Virus record (IMG/VR): IMGVR_UViG_3300031760_000029
Span: 18,593-82,592 of that record
DNA: 64,000 bases
Strand: one strand, 5' to 3'
Source: a virus
Taxonomy: Duplodnaviria > Caudoviricetes
This document shows positions 8,436 to 19,590 of this stretch, piece after piece; position 1 is the stretch's first letter; every line of letters begins with the position of its first letter. The position numbers and the translations under genes are program-made. The notes beneath the pieces were generated by a model, which saw nothing but the letters and a program-made list of their open reading frames with translations, ran no database searches and was not told where the DNA came from.

Positions 8436-8483
8436 CATTATAGCGCCAAAGGGAAACCTGAGGCGCTATCTTTATGCCTACAC

Positions 8484-8531
8484 GCACTAAAATTAGTGCT
8501 TGACAAATAGATAATTGCAAACTAAAATTAA
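8484..8531 (+). promoter_or_regulatory. sigmaA promoter with two CTAAAATTA boxes
   Basis: TTGACA (8500)-17 bp-TAAAAT (8523); boxes at 8487 (inside the palindrome gcactaa-aa-ttagtgc) and 8522. Confidence 0.75.
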
Positions 8532-8554
8532 AATCCCAACGGAAAGGAGTACAA

Positions 8555-8710
8555 ATGTTCGATATCATTTTCGCCGTAGCCTACGGCCTGTTAATGTTCT
8601 ACCTGGCGTTCTTTATGACGCCAGACCTGGCACTCATAACGATCATCATTGTTGGCGGCATTGTCCTTGTGACGTCCGTCAAGGCAATTCGCCGCTTGGT
8701 GAAAGGATGA
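8555..8710 (+). CDS. small two-TM membrane protein
   Basis: AAGGAG RBS; MFDIIFAVAYGLLMFYLAFF...IIIVGGIVLV; not in the ORF track. Confidence 0.6.
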   Translation: MFDIIFAVAYGLLMFYLAFFMTPDLALITIIIVGGIVLVTSVKAIRRLVKG

Positions 8711-8714
8711 CGCA

Positions 8715-8993
8715 ATGAAAGACGTAATCATCACAATCGCGATCTGCATCACTCTGCTTGCAATCACTATGCAGATCACCAAGGCAGACGAATATCCCGC
8801 TACGATGCTGGTGACGGAACTCGAATATGCAACCGACACGGTTGTATGCGAGGACGGCAACGGAAACCTGTGGGAGTTCAAGGGAATCGAGGACTGGATG
8901 GTAGGCGATAGAGTCGCCGCAATCATGTCCACCAAGGGAACTAAGTCGATCTATGACGACGAATTCGTCATGGTGAGATATAACGCAAACTAA
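8715..8993 (+). CDS. small secreted or membrane-anchored protein
   Basis: N-terminal hydrophobic helix; 92 aa. Confidence 0.65.
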   Translation: MKDVIITIAICITLLAITMQITKADEYPATMLVTELEYATDTVVCEDGNGNLWEFKGIEDWMVGDRVAAIMSTKGTKSIYDDEFVMVRYNAN

Positions 8994-9015
8994 CACTAAT
9001 AAGGAGGGAAAAGAA

Positions 9016-9339
9016 ATGGCAAATTGGTATTCAAACAAGAAATCAGCACAGAAGAAGGATGACGATTTCAAGTACGAGATACTGGAGGAGTGCGGCACAA
9101 TCAGCGAACGAAACAACGGATACGAGCTGAAGTTACGGTTGATCAAGTGGGGAGACAATGACCCTAAGTACGACATCCGTCTGTGGAAAACAACAGAAGA
9201 GGGCGGAGAGAAACAGTTCAAGGTAAATACGTTCACTGGAGATGAAATGCAGAATCTGCTTAAGATCCTCAAGAAAATAGACGAGCAGCCCGCAAATAAG
9301 CAGCCGCGTGTGGCAGGAGCAAAGCGCTCCAGAAAGTGA
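9016..9339 (+). CDS. PC4/YdbC-like ssDNA-binding protein
   Basis: ILEECGTISE..GYELKLRLIKWGDNDPKYDIRLW matches the YdbC/PC4 family pattern. Confidence 0.7.
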   Translation: MANWYSNKKSAQKKDDDFKYEILEECGTISERNNGYELKLRLIKWGDNDPKYDIRLWKTTEEGGEKQFKVNTFTGDEMQNLLKILKKIDEQPANKQPRVAGAKRSRK

Positions 9340-9347
9340 GGGAAACA

Positions 9348-10028
9348 ATGAGTCGATACACTTGTCTTGAGTTAGAACCAAATAGCAATACTGTAACTGG
9401 TGTCGTAACAGAGTTGGAAATCAATCGAGAATACAAGGTAGGCGACTACATCTGGGTAAAAAGGATCAATACTGTTGAGCATCTGAAGGTTATCCGTGTA
9501 GATGGGAGATATTACAACGGAAAGGTTGTAGCCTAATTTTAATCCGCCCTAGTGTCAGAGCCAGGGCGGGTAATCGCTCCAATAGTGGAGTACGGTAGGG
9601 AAAATTAAATCCATGTTTTATGGGGAAAGGAGAGCGAAGATGATCACAAAGGCACAGGCAAAGGAATTCTACCGCGACCTCTGCGGCACCGTGTATGGAA
9701 ACGCAGACACCAATAGTCAGGGGATCATGTCTGCGGCTCTGATTGCAGACCACATGAAAATGCCCATCGAAAAGGCAAACGACTTCCTGTGGGCGTGCGC
9801 AAAGTACGGTATCACCGAGAGACAGGGAGGAGCGTGGGTAGTATGACACTTGAGGAGTTGCTGTACACCGTAAATGATTCCACTTTCGTTAAGATCTTTT
9901 CTGCCGAAAATGGAAACGAAATCGCCGCGTATGACGGCAAGGATAGCATACCCGAATCGCTTGACCCGCTTGAGGTCACTGACATTTTCGTCGACGGAAA
10001 TGCACTTTGCATCGAGGTGAACATATGA
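9348..10028 (+). CDS. three small hypothetical ORFs (about 9348-9536, 9640-9846, 9843-10028)
   Basis: Each has an RBS or a coupled start; 60-70 aa. Confidence 0.55.
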
Positions 10029-10302
10029 AGGGATATTACAACTCGTATTCCTATATGGGATACATAGACGGAGAGTACATGGAGTTCGCAACGGATTCTG
10101 AGTATGAAGAGTATGTTGAGGTAATCGCAATATGAATAAGTATTATCTATCAAAGCGAAAACTGGATGCTGACTGGGATGCATGGATTGAGAATAATCCG
10201 CATAAACACGGATGGTTTTTAAAGGTAGAACGGTTCCTGTTTGTGTACAAGGTACTCGAATACGGTTGCAATTAAATCACACTTTTATGGGAGGGAAATG
10301 CC

Positions 10303-10746
10303 ATGGTAACACTGTTAATCGGATTACCCGCTTCGGGCAAGTCAACCTATGCGGCAGAAGAGGGATCCTTGGTTCTGTCTTCCGACAAGATTCGTGAGGA
10401 ATTGTACGGAGACGAATCAGTTCAGGGAAATCCCGCGAAAGTATTTTCCATCCTGTATGGGAAGATGGAAGAGGCAATCAATGATGGAGCGGAACATATC
10501 ATAATCGATGCCACCAACATCAATAAGAAAGACCGTGCAAAGGCAATTGAGATTGCCAAGAGTGGCAATCATATTGTTCGTGCGGTCGTGATGGATACGC
10601 CGATTGCGGTTTGTATTCGCCGCAACGACGCAAGGAAACGCAAGGTTCCTGACTTTGTGTTCGACAGAATGCTTAAGAAATATGAGGAACCTACGCTGAG
10701 CGAGGGTTTCGACATCATTGAGAGAAAGGAGTGGTCAGCGAAATGA
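10303..10746 (+). CDS. polynucleotide kinase-like P-loop protein (AAA_33)
   Basis: GLPASGKST Walker A, LSSDKIR, IIIDATN and R-x2-R-x-R lid motifs of the T4 Pnk kinase domain. Confidence 0.85.
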   Translation: MVTLLIGLPASGKSTYAAEEGSLVLSSDKIREELYGDESVQGNPAKVFSILYGKMEEAINDGAEHIIIDATNINKKDRAKAIEIAKSGNHIVRAVVMDTPIAVCIRRNDARKRKVPDFVFDRMLKKYEEPTLSEGFDIIERKEWSAK

Positions 10747-10855
10747 CAGATGTAATTATAGCCTTTTTGACAATAAGTATAAGCGAAATGGTAATATGTT
10801 TGGGAATTGCAACGTATTACCGATGCAAGCGTGGAGAAAGTGAGAAGTAAGCGAA

Positions 10856-11793
10856 ATGAATACAAATAAAATTTTACTTGATAACACAAAAACGACCGAA
10901 GAAAAAGTATATCTTATAGCGAAATCCATAAAGGATTCTGGTCGATCAATAGATAATGATTTATGGTACGCAATACTTGACCTCAAAGATAAAAATTTTC
11001 CGACAATGGGAAATGATATTGATTATTTTGCAAAGGCAGAAAGCGAGGTTAAGAAATGAAATGTCCGTATCAGACTAAAGTAATTCACAAACCCGAATAC
11101 ACAGATGAATATGTAAAAAGGTTTGCCGAAGATGTAACAGAATTTTGTGAATGTGTAAAAAGCGAATGTCCATTTTATTACACATCATTAGCACGTGAAC
11201 ATTGTCGTAAGGCAGAAAGTGAGGGGTGAGCGAAATGAATATCTATCAGGTGTTTCACAAGTACGATGTTGATGGCGGCTTTGGTGATGCGGTCAAAACG
11301 GAATCGTTAGAGGCAACGTTCTCGACAAAGGAAATGGCAGAGAAATTCAAGGCAGAGTATGAAAATCCTCACGTTTATGATCGACCGTATCAGCCACTAT
11401 TTTGTGGCACTCTTGAGATTCGTCAGATCGAACTGGACGATGAAGAAGAATTCAATAAAGAGGACATGTGGTGGTGGGATGATGAGGAGGGCGAGCAAAA
11501 TGAGTAAGGCATATCTGCTTATGAGTGATATCGATAATGGTGCCAGTGGTTATGAAAAAATTTGTGGTTTGTACACCACAAAAGAAAAGGCAGAAGAGGC
11601 GGCTAAAACATGGATTCCTGAACGTAAAGGAAAGCAAGTAGTAATAACAGAGATGGATGTTGATCCAGATGACGTGCCTTACCATCTGGAAGGTAAGGTG
11701 CTTCGTACATTTGAAGAGTGCATACAGTATTCGGATATGCGTCCTGATTATTTATTTCATTATCTTTACGTAAAAGAAATGGAATTACAGTAA
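10856..11793 (+). CDS. run of small hypothetical ORFs (10856-11059, 11056-11229, about 11235-11507, 11500-11793)
   Basis: Translationally coupled; two end in KAESE, which encodes the next RBS. Confidence 0.6.
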
Positions 11794-11952
11794 AAGAAAG
11801 GAGATCAGCATGAGAAAGACAAGAAGTTGGAAGCACACAACGAAGAACCGTAAGCAGTACGGAAATCGCGACGGAGAGCGGGCAGTATGGAAGGAGATTA
11901 TGCTTAACAACGAAATGTATCTGGTGGAACTCGACGATGAGGAGGAGTAAGC

Positions 11953-12690
11953 ATGGACTACACATACTTCATAGATTCCGATGGAAAGCTAATCCGAACA
12001 CGGATAGAGCAGGATGATGAGCCTTGGGATCCTCGGTATGACTGCGATGGAAACATCGGTCACATGATGTGTTGGTATTCGAACTATAACCTGGGCGACT
12101 ACAAAGATAACCACTACGATAACCCACATGACTTCCTGTTTTGGCAGTTGGGTGAGGAAAAGTATGAGGACGCAACCATTCCGCAGATGCTTAAAGCACT
12201 GGAGCGCAAGGGATATTACTTCATCCCGCTTGCGGTTTACGAACACAGCGGAATCACAATGTGGTGCGGCTCTCGATGGAGTCACTTCGATGCACAGTGG
12301 GATTGCTCGGATATCGGGTGGATCTACACCACAAAGGAAGAGGTCTTAAAGAGTGGTTACCGTATCAAAGGTAAGCGCGGATATCTTAAGACCACCGAAA
12401 AGAACTGGCGCAAGGTAGCGCAGGAGACGTTGGAAGCGGAAGTGAAAACGTATGACCAGTATCTGACTGGTGAAGTGTACGGATTCATGAGCGAAGTGTG
12501 GGATGGAGAAGATTGGATCGATGAGGAGTCTTGCTGGGGTTTCTATTCCGACAAGTGGGGAGATGAACTGGCAGAAGAAATCATAAGGGATTTCTATGCA
12601 AGCCCCAAATTCATAAACGAAGAGGAAGCGGAAGAGAAACAGCGGGAAGATGCGATAATGAAACAAATCGAAACTATAGTTTGCATTTGA
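11953..12690 (+). CDS. conserved phage hypothetical protein
   Basis: 245 aa; GGAGGAG RBS; aromatic- and acidic-rich. Confidence 0.75.
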   Translation: MDYTYFIDSDGKLIRTRIEQDDEPWDPRYDCDGNIGHMMCWYSNYNLGDYKDNHYDNPHDFLFWQLGEEKYEDATIPQMLKALERKGYYFIPLAVYEHSGITMWCGSRWSHFDAQWDCSDIGWIYTTKEEVLKSGYRIKGKRGYLKTTEKNWRKVAQETLEAEVKTYDQYLTGEVYGFMSEVWDGEDWIDEESCWGFYSDKWGDELAEEIIRDFYASPKFINEEEAEEKQREDAIMKQIETIVCI

Positions 12691-12705
12691 TAAGGAGGAA
12701 TCGAA

Positions 12706-13245
12706 ATGAATGACGTAATCAACATCCCGAGCACAAGGCAGACCAAGGGCGAGTTCGCAATCTCTTATCAGCAGGCAGGACGCGGCGGTTGTATTCCGAT
12801 TGTCAACGGAAAAGAAGAGCGCAGTCTGATGTTCGGTTATGCAAGCGAGACTGATAAGGCAGCCTGCATAAAACTGCTCGAGGAGGCACTGATTGCAACA
12901 AACGGAGACATCTACGAGACACGCAGATATCTCATGAATGCGGTTGAGGTAGCCGCAAATCACATTCGTCCGAATGAGGCGCTGACTGTTGATGGAACAG
13001 AAATCCTCATTGACTACGGCAACCGTTCCGCTTATGAGGGAGCGAGGGAACTTGCTAACCTTGACGATATTGATTGCGAACTGCCGAACGAAGCAATCAA
13101 GGCACTCCTTATCAACCGCGTCCAGCTTGTGCTCGCTGATAGGGAAGTGATTGAGTACTACGACGAGGATGAGGAAGATGACTACGACGAGGACGATGAC
13201 GAGTACTATGACGATGATGATGAAGATCTTGAGTTCATCCAGTAA
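12706..13245 (+). CDS. hypothetical protein with long acidic tail
   Basis: 179 aa; ends DEDEEDDYDEDDDEYYDDDDEDLEFIQ. Confidence 0.75.
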   Translation: MNDVINIPSTRQTKGEFAISYQQAGRGGCIPIVNGKEERSLMFGYASETDKAACIKLLEEALIATNGDIYETRRYLMNAVEVAANHIRPNEALTVDGTEILIDYGNRSAYEGARELANLDDIDCELPNEAIKALLINRVQLVLADREVIEYYDEDEEDDYDEDDDEYYDDDDEDLEFIQ

Positions 13246-13353
13246 GCACTAAAATTAAAGCCCCACGCTACCACAGGTGGGGCATGAAAAAGAAAATAAT
13301 CCCACATTTTGTGGGTGTAAATAAAACAACTGTTTGATTGAAAGGAGATCCAA

Positions 13354-15426
13354 ATGAACAAAGAAGAGAAGGCGGCACTTGTTAAGAAGTATTGCAACGA
13401 GAATACTAAGCCCAAGCAAGATTTATGCCCTGAGGTAAATCAGTACATCCGCACGTCAAAGGGATACGAGATTTGGAACTCCAAAGATTTAAGCAGGGAG
13501 CCGATTAACTTTGACCCTACAAGATGGAGCGACGTAAGAGAATGCGGTCTCAACAATGTGGTTTGCGTTCGCAATGAATACGAAGGTCTTTACATCGAAT
13601 ACCACGAGGATATGGATACTCTTGAATTCGCCCACATCTTCATGGATGGCGGCAGAGGTAAGGCAGGCGAAGCGAAAGAATGGTACTACGGAAATGGCTG
13701 GAATTATTCCCGCTACTTCATCTTCCGCAATGATCCGAATGCATACAGCAATACTGGTATTCTTACTGGCAATACCCACTACTCAAAGGATTTACTGAAG
13801 GAAATGAAGACATGGTCACGTCGTAGTTTGGTAGGAGAAGAGAACTACGCAGAGTTTAAGAAGTTTGCTCCAGATTCAAGCGAACTCCGTGAGTACAATC
13901 ACTGGTACAGCACACCACTCGCTCAAATATGGCAGTATGCACGGTGGTATCAAATGGAGTTCATAAAGCGAACTTCGAGTAAGACATTTAATGATCTTTC
14001 TGCTTACGAATTAGATGATATCACGCCGCTTCCGTCGAAATCTGTGGTGGATGATAAGAAAATGATTTACTTCCAAAAACTTGACGACAAATATGCGGTT
14101 CTTCGTGTATTCAGATATGGATACAGATATGAGATTAATTCAGACAAAATAATAGAAGAAATGCGTCTGTTTGTGTCTGACAAAGGTAAACCTACCGTCA
14201 TGGTGAATGATGGATACTGGAAAATAAAGGCGAGTACACCTTGGGCGGCGCAAGGAGCAGCGGTGATTATCAATGCAAGTGATATTCAGGAATGGAAGCC
14301 ATTAAAATATATCATGCCTTGTATTGAGGATGATATAAATATTCAGAATTTTATCAATTATCTGCGGCATCCGATTGTTGAACAGTTGTCAAAGGCTGGT
14401 TATGTGAATGTTGCAAAAAAATTGATGTATTGTGATGAGATTGCGTCAAATATGAAAACCTTCTTCCTTGTCGAAAAGGAAACAAAGCAGCCGATGTTTA
14501 AGTTGCTTGGTGTTAACAAGTTCGTACTTAACGCAATGGAGTGTCATGACGGGAACCTCAAGATTGCAAGAGAGATTAAATATTTTGTGGGTGGTTTCGA
14601 TGCGACAGAATTGTCACAGGATGTTTGTGATTACATCGCGAACTATGTTGACAGTGGCAGATACGGCAGTAACAGCATTACAACCTTAGTTCCTGGACAT
14701 AGATATGAGTACTGGCGCAGAGATAGTCGGTATAGTACGCCACTTACAGATGACGAAAAGAAATGGATTCTTAAGTTGTTCAAGATGGAATCCAAACAGA
14801 CTGGTTGTATTAGTTTGTTTGATGATGTTATCTCGACATACAACAGAATCAATAACAAGCCAGACATCGATCTCTACAACGTAAAGAACTATGACGACAT
14901 AAACAGATTACATGATGCTCTTGTTGCTCTTAAGGTACAGGAAGATAGAGAACGGCAGGCATTAAGAGATGCGTCAGAAAGAGAACGGCAGGAACTGCTT
15001 AAGAAGAAGTTTGAGAAACTTCAGGACGAACGTATCAAGAAATACGAGTATGAGGACGGAGACTTCTGCATCAGAGTCCCCCACCAGTTAGATGAAATCA
15101 CAAAGGAAGGTATTGTGCTGAATCACTGTGTTGGCGGATATCTTGATAAGCACGCTCAGGGAATCACGAATATCCTTTTCCTGAGACGTAAGGCAGATGA
15201 GAATATTCCGTTCTATACCATCGAGATTTGTGATGACCATGTGATTCAGATTCACGGTAATCACAATCGTTGGCTCGGGAATAATCCTGAAGCGGTACCG
15301 TTCGTATACAAGTATCTTGAGCAGTTAGGAGTTAGGTACGATAAGAAACTTCTGCTGAACAAGGGAGCTGGCTATAGTGCGGGAGACGAGGAGTTGCCCG
15401 AGAGTTACTTACAGGAGGCTGCGTAA
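13354..15426 (+). CDS. PcfJ-like domain protein
   Basis: C-terminal EITKEGIVLNHCVGGY...ILFLRR..DENIPFYTIEI....VIQIHG is the PcfJ-like signature. Confidence 0.8.
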   Translation: MNKEEKAALVKKYCNENTKPKQDLCPEVNQYIRTSKGYEIWNSKDLSREPINFDPTRWSDVRECGLNNVVCVRNEYEGLYIEYHEDMDTLEFAHIFMDGGRGKAGEAKEWYYGNGWNYSRYFIFRNDPNAYSNTGILTGNTHYSKDLLKEMKTWSRRSLVGEENYAEFKKFAPDSSELREYNHWYSTPLAQIWQYARWYQMEFIKRTSSKTFNDLSAYELDDITPLPSKSVVDDKKMIYFQKLDDKYAVLRVFRYGYRYEINSDKIIEEMRLFVSDKGKPTVMVNDGYWKIKASTPWAAQGAAVIINASDIQEWKPLKYIMPCIEDDINIQNFINYLRHPIVEQLSKAGYVNVAKKLMYCDEIASNMKTFFLVEKETKQPMFKLLGVNKFVLNAMECHDGNLKIAREIKYFVGGFDATELSQDVCDYIANYVDSGRYGSNSITTLVPGHRYEYWRRDSRYSTPLTDDEKKWILKLFKMESKQTGCISLFDDVISTYNRINNKPDIDLYNVKNYDDINRLHDALVALKVQEDRERQALRDASERERQELLKKKFEKLQDERIKKYEYEDGDFCIRVPHQLDEITKEGIVLNHCVGGYLDKHAQGITNILFLRRKADENIPFYTIEICDDHVIQIHGNHNRWLGNNPEAVPFVYKYLEQLGVRYDKKLLLNKGAGYSAGDEELPESYLQEAA

Positions 15427-15623
15427 TGGAATTTGCATACGATGGAGTTCAGTTTCATCTGAACTCCAATCCTTGGAAAAACGAGTACGAAGGGAAGTAC
15501 GTGCTGACTTATTACAACGATGCACGAGGATGGAACATGGCACTTGCTACGGTGGATAGCAAGAAAGAAGCAATGGAAAAAGTGAAGCAAATGAAGAAAG
15601 ATCATGTTGGGCCTTGGTTATAA
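15426..15623 (+). CDS. small hypothetical protein
   Basis: Coupled to the PcfJ-like gene through TAATG. Confidence 0.6.
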   Translation: MEFAYDGVQFHLNSNPWKNEYEGKYVLTYYNDARGWNMALATVDSKKEAMEKVKQMKKDHVGPWL

Positions 15624-15818
15624 GGAGGTAAAAGATGTACGAAGCAAGCAGTGATAGCCAGGAAAACTGGAACACAATGGAAGAGATCATTCGGGATTAT
15701 GGATGGGATGGGATGGACGTCCTTAAGTACCTGACAGACTGGCACGGAATGCAGTTGCTGGATAAAGCATTCATGGAAAACTTAATTGACTGCGAACTGT
15801 GATTGAAAGGAGAGCGAA

Positions 15819-16610
15819 ATGTCTAAGAGAATGTCTATTGAGGAATACGCACGGAAGGCAGCTGAGAAACTTGGTGGTGAGTATAAAGAAGTTGAAAAGG
15901 CAAATGGAATTATCAAACACGGTATTGTACTTCCCTCTGACAGTGAAATGCATCCGACTGTTTATGTGGACGATGATTATAAGAACAGGGTACGGTATCC
16001 AAGTTTCGTTAAAAAAGTACAGGAGGGATTAAGAAACTTTGTTCCAACGAAGAATCCAATCAATGACATTGCTGATTACGATGGCTTTGTCAAGGCAAGA
16101 CTGAGGGCACGGTTATACAATTGCAAGACAAATGCTGATGTATATATCAGTGCTGCTCCATATGGATTCGATGATTTGATTATCATTCCGTATGTTCAAC
16201 TTGACGATAATGCATCAGTTAAGGTAACCAACGAACTGGTGCAGATGTGGGGCAAGGAATACGACGAGATTATTAGTACCGCATTGGAAAATTCAAAGGA
16301 TTTTGAATTAACACCTATGTATGAAGTACTTGTATCACTTGGCTTCCCGCTTCCTGAAGATGATATCCCTTTGTATGTTCTATCTAATAAAACAAGGATA
16401 TGCGGAGCAATTACCGCAGTAACACAGCGGGATATGCTGAAAGAAAGATTTGGCGAATACAAGGTAATTCCGTCCAGTATTCACGAGGTGCTTATTTTAC
16501 CTGGCGATGAAGATACAGAAATGGATGAATTAACAAGTATGATTACCCATATCAATGAGAAAGAAGTGAGTCCCGAAGAGAGACTGGGTAACCACGCATA
16601 CCAGTTTTAA
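15819..16610 (+). CDS. DUF5688-family protein
   Basis: LYVLSNK...GAITA and VIPSSIHEVLILP motifs. Confidence 0.75.
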   Translation: MSKRMSIEEYARKAAEKLGGEYKEVEKANGIIKHGIVLPSDSEMHPTVYVDDDYKNRVRYPSFVKKVQEGLRNFVPTKNPINDIADYDGFVKARLRARLYNCKTNADVYISAAPYGFDDLIIIPYVQLDDNASVKVTNELVQMWGKEYDEIISTALENSKDFELTPMYEVLVSLGFPLPEDDIPLYVLSNKTRICGAITAVTQRDMLKERFGEYKVIPSSIHEVLILPGDEDTEMDELTSMITHINEKEVSPEERLGNHAYQF

Positions 16611-16626
16611 TCGAAAGGAGAGCGAA

Positions 16627-16872
16627 ATGGCAGTATTTGATACGCTGGAGCACATGGAAACGGTCGAGAATGACGACCATTACACAATCATCGAGGAGTT
16701 TCCCGAGATTGATTACACGCTCATCTACCGCCACACATCTTTCCAGCCTTTTGTTGCGGCGTGGAGACTTAACAAAGAGAAAAGTTACTGGGCGCAAGGT
16801 CATTACTTCCAGTCTTCCATTGAAGCAATCAAATGGATATGCGGGAAGTACAGAGATGAGGGGGCGGCATGA
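16627..16872 (+). CDS. hypothetical protein
   Basis: GAAAGGAG RBS; 81 aa. Confidence 0.65.
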   Translation: MAVFDTLEHMETVENDDHYTIIEEFPEIDYTLIYRHTSFQPFVAAWRLNKEKSYWAQGHYFQSSIEAIKWICGKYRDEGAA

Positions 16873-17057
16873 CAGAGTTAGATTACTGGAGAGCAGAGCA
16901 TGACACATCAAGCTCCTATGAGGAGATTCCAATAGAAATTCCTTGCGATGTAGTGGATTTCGATGGTCAGCACCACTGTCCATTTATAGGACAGACAAAC
17001 GAAAGCGAATTATGCAGAGTGATGTGTGGTCTTGGTGTTGATGAATAGGAGGTAATT

Positions 17058-17429
17058 ATGTACAAGGAAAAACTCGAACCTCAGTATGACAGACGGAAAT
17101 CTTTTTACGGTAAGGCACACGTTATCCATTACGATGACGGCAGTATTGCACTGCAGTCTTACAGCACAATCGTTGCAGTTATTGTGAACGGAAATGTGAT
17201 CCGCACATGGGGCGGATATTCGGACACTACACAGAGACACGTAAATGACTTCTTGTATCAGAACAGACACAGAGATCTGATAGGGAAAAAGAACTGGGAG
17301 AGAATGCCCAGTTACTACGAAAAAGATTGGGATTACATGACAGACGAAGAGAGAGCAGACGCGGCGGTACAGGCAATGAACGAAGCAATGAGTAACGAAG
17401 AGATGGATTTCTGGGAGAAGGTAGCATGA
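17058..17429 (+). CDS. hypothetical protein
   Basis: GGAGG RBS; QSYSTIVA...YSDTTQRHV, a common small phage protein pattern. Confidence 0.7.
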   Translation: MYKEKLEPQYDRRKSFYGKAHVIHYDDGSIALQSYSTIVAVIVNGNVIRTWGGYSDTTQRHVNDFLYQNRHRDLIGKKNWERMPSYYEKDWDYMTDEERADAAVQAMNEAMSNEEMDFWEKVA

Positions 17430-17974
17430 AACTCGAAACCATATTAAAGCAAAATCAAGGGAGAGTCGCAAAGATAGGGGCTGGCACTTGCTTCCTGTAT
17501 TGCGACACTATCACCGAGGATACAAAGGATATTCTCAATCAGATGGCCGCAAATAGAAGGAGTATACGGTCGTCCGAACTAAATTGGAAAACGGAACGTC
17601 TGCGGAACTTTGAGAAGTGGTGGAAGAACGAGAGAGAAAGGAAGATGGATGCATTCCGCAAAGCGAAGGAACAGGATCAGGAATATGCCAAGCGGTATAA
17701 GGTAAAGCCGCAGATAACAAAGACGGTTAAGGCATACAGCAAAGAGCTGACCCAGCAGAAGTTGGCCATCAAGGAAGCACTGCAAAAATATGTTAAGTAC
17801 GAAACAAAGTACTTAGCGAACTGGACGAGATACTCGTTCAGAGAGGTAAAAGAAATCTATGAGAGCGCTGATGAGGACGCAATCATCATCATCTTCGAGG
17901 GAGATGAAACTGGGCAGTATTGGACAAGTAAAGAATATAGGAGAGCACACAAAAAGGAGGAACTTGCAGCATGA
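17426..17974 (+). CDS. hypothetical protein
   Basis: 182 aa; coupled starts and stops. Confidence 0.7.
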   Translation: MKLETILKQNQGRVAKIGAGTCFLYCDTITEDTKDILNQMAANRRSIRSSELNWKTERLRNFEKWWKNERERKMDAFRKAKEQDQEYAKRYKVKPQITKTVKAYSKELTQQKLAIKEALQKYVKYETKYLANWTRYSFREVKEIYESADEDAIIIIFEGDETGQYWTSKEYRRAHKKEELAA

Positions 17975-19011
17975 ATGAGATGACTATCAGCAACTATGGC
18001 GCACCGAGTGTCAACAGAACCTATTCCCGCAAGACGTTGTTCGAAGGGAACGGCAAGAAGTTACTGTGGGATGGACTGGGAACGGATGTTACTCAGGCAC
18101 ATAGCGCAAAAGCAGTGTGTCAGTTGGCTGGTTTGGATTACTCGGTGTATACGGAGCCGATTTACACGGCAGACGGTATGAAGATCCCTAACATGGTAGC
18201 CACTCGGCGCTATGACAGAGTTGGCGAAACGGAAGTGCCGTCAACAGTCTACGGTGCGGTGACTAACCGCTACCATCCCGTACAGAACACGGCAGGTTTT
18301 GAGTTCATTGACGCACTGTTTGGTCACAATGGATTCCAGGTCGAAACTGCTGGACAGTTTGACGACGGAAAGATTGTGTGGATTGAGGCAAAGCTGCCTC
18401 AGCGAAACATGGTTGGTGAGAAGGTTGATCCCTATCTGGTATTTACCAATCGCCACGATGGTAAAGGGAGCGTGAGAATCTTCCTCACTCCTGTTCGAGT
18501 CATCTGCAAGAATACTCTGAACTATGCAATCAAGGGAGCGCAGAACAGATCCTTCAGCGTCAAACACACCAGTTCGGCACAGGCAAGACTGGCTGCCGCA
18601 ATTGAAACCATCGAGAATTACAATCACTATCTCGGTGCAATGGAACAGACAATCGAAAAGCAGAAGAGAATTCTTCTGCAGGACAAGCACGTTGATACAT
18701 TCCTTGAGAGAATGTTCCCCGTCAATGACGAGATGTCTCCGAGGGAGTACGACAGAGTGCTGGCGAGCAGGCAGGAAGTCAGGGATATCTACAAGACAAC
18801 GGAAGATCTTGATGGATATGAGAACAGCGGATTCAAGTTTGTGAACGCAGTCTCTGACTGGGCGACACACCACACACCTTCAAGGCAGACGAGAAACTAC
18901 CGAAGCAACCTGTTCCAGAAGACACTGGCAGGCAACAATTACATTGATGTGGCATACACAATGGTTGATGAGTTCAGTGAAGCAAACAAGATGATCACCG
19001 TGGCAGCCTAA
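17971..19011 (+). CDS. DUF932-family protein
   Basis: WDGLG..V..A.S....C.LAGLDY, YHPVQN..GFEF, ETAG.FDDGK.VW, NRHDG and TPVRVICKNTL motifs. Confidence 0.85.
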   Translation: MNEMTISNYGAPSVNRTYSRKTLFEGNGKKLLWDGLGTDVTQAHSAKAVCQLAGLDYSVYTEPIYTADGMKIPNMVATRRYDRVGETEVPSTVYGAVTNRYHPVQNTAGFEFIDALFGHNGFQVETAGQFDDGKIVWIEAKLPQRNMVGEKVDPYLVFTNRHDGKGSVRIFLTPVRVICKNTLNYAIKGAQNRSFSVKHTSSAQARLAAAIETIENYNHYLGAMEQTIEKQKRILLQDKHVDTFLERMFPVNDEMSPREYDRVLASRQEVRDIYKTTEDLDGYENSGFKFVNAVSDWATHHTPSRQTRNYRSNLFQKTLAGNNYIDVAYTMVDEFSEANKMITVAA

Positions 19012-19027
19012 CACAAAGGAGGGAATC

Positions 19028-19474
19028 ATGTCATACAGTGAGCTTAAGAAGTTTTATGACAAGACGAGATTAGATTACTTCATGATGGCAATCACCCATC
19101 TGATGGATATTGGATGGAGAAACGCAAAGAAGATTACGGACGAAGAAATTGAGAAGTGTGAAGGAAACGGACTGATGACAAAGGGCTTCGTTCAGTGGGT
19201 TCAACGGACGGCAAGAGATATTACACAGATAGCAGATGGGCCAGCCGAATTGATCCAGTTCTGTGAAGCACAGGATGTGTTTGATATACAGAATTATGCT
19301 GAGACTGTCAACCGAAGTACACTGGAACAGGTGGTGCAGAACACACAGGAATATCTGTTCAATAAAGGATATAACTACGATGACATGAGATACATTTGGG
19401 ATCTTGATGATTACGAAATGGAATTGCTTGGATTTGTAAACGAGGACGATGAAGATGAACTCGAGACAAGCTAA
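19028..19474 (+). CDS. hypothetical protein
   Basis: 148 aa; RBS; acidic C-terminus. Confidence 0.7.
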   Translation: MSYSELKKFYDKTRLDYFMMAITHLMDIGWRNAKKITDEEIEKCEGNGLMTKGFVQWVQRTARDITQIADGPAELIQFCEAQDVFDIQNYAETVNRSTLEQVVQNTQEYLFNKGYNYDDMRYIWDLDDYEMELLGFVNEDDEDELETS

Positions 19475-19590
19475 GAAGAAACGAAAGAAAGATGAATGGT
19501 TCATTGTATCATTCGTAAATAATTACAATGCGTTGAGAAAGGAACGCAGATACGAACACGAATACTTCCACAAAATGAGGAGGAAAGGAA

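Noticed and set aside
13160-13225. GAY/GAR low-complexity repeat
   Set aside because: It is explained by the poly-acidic tail of the 12706-13245 protein.
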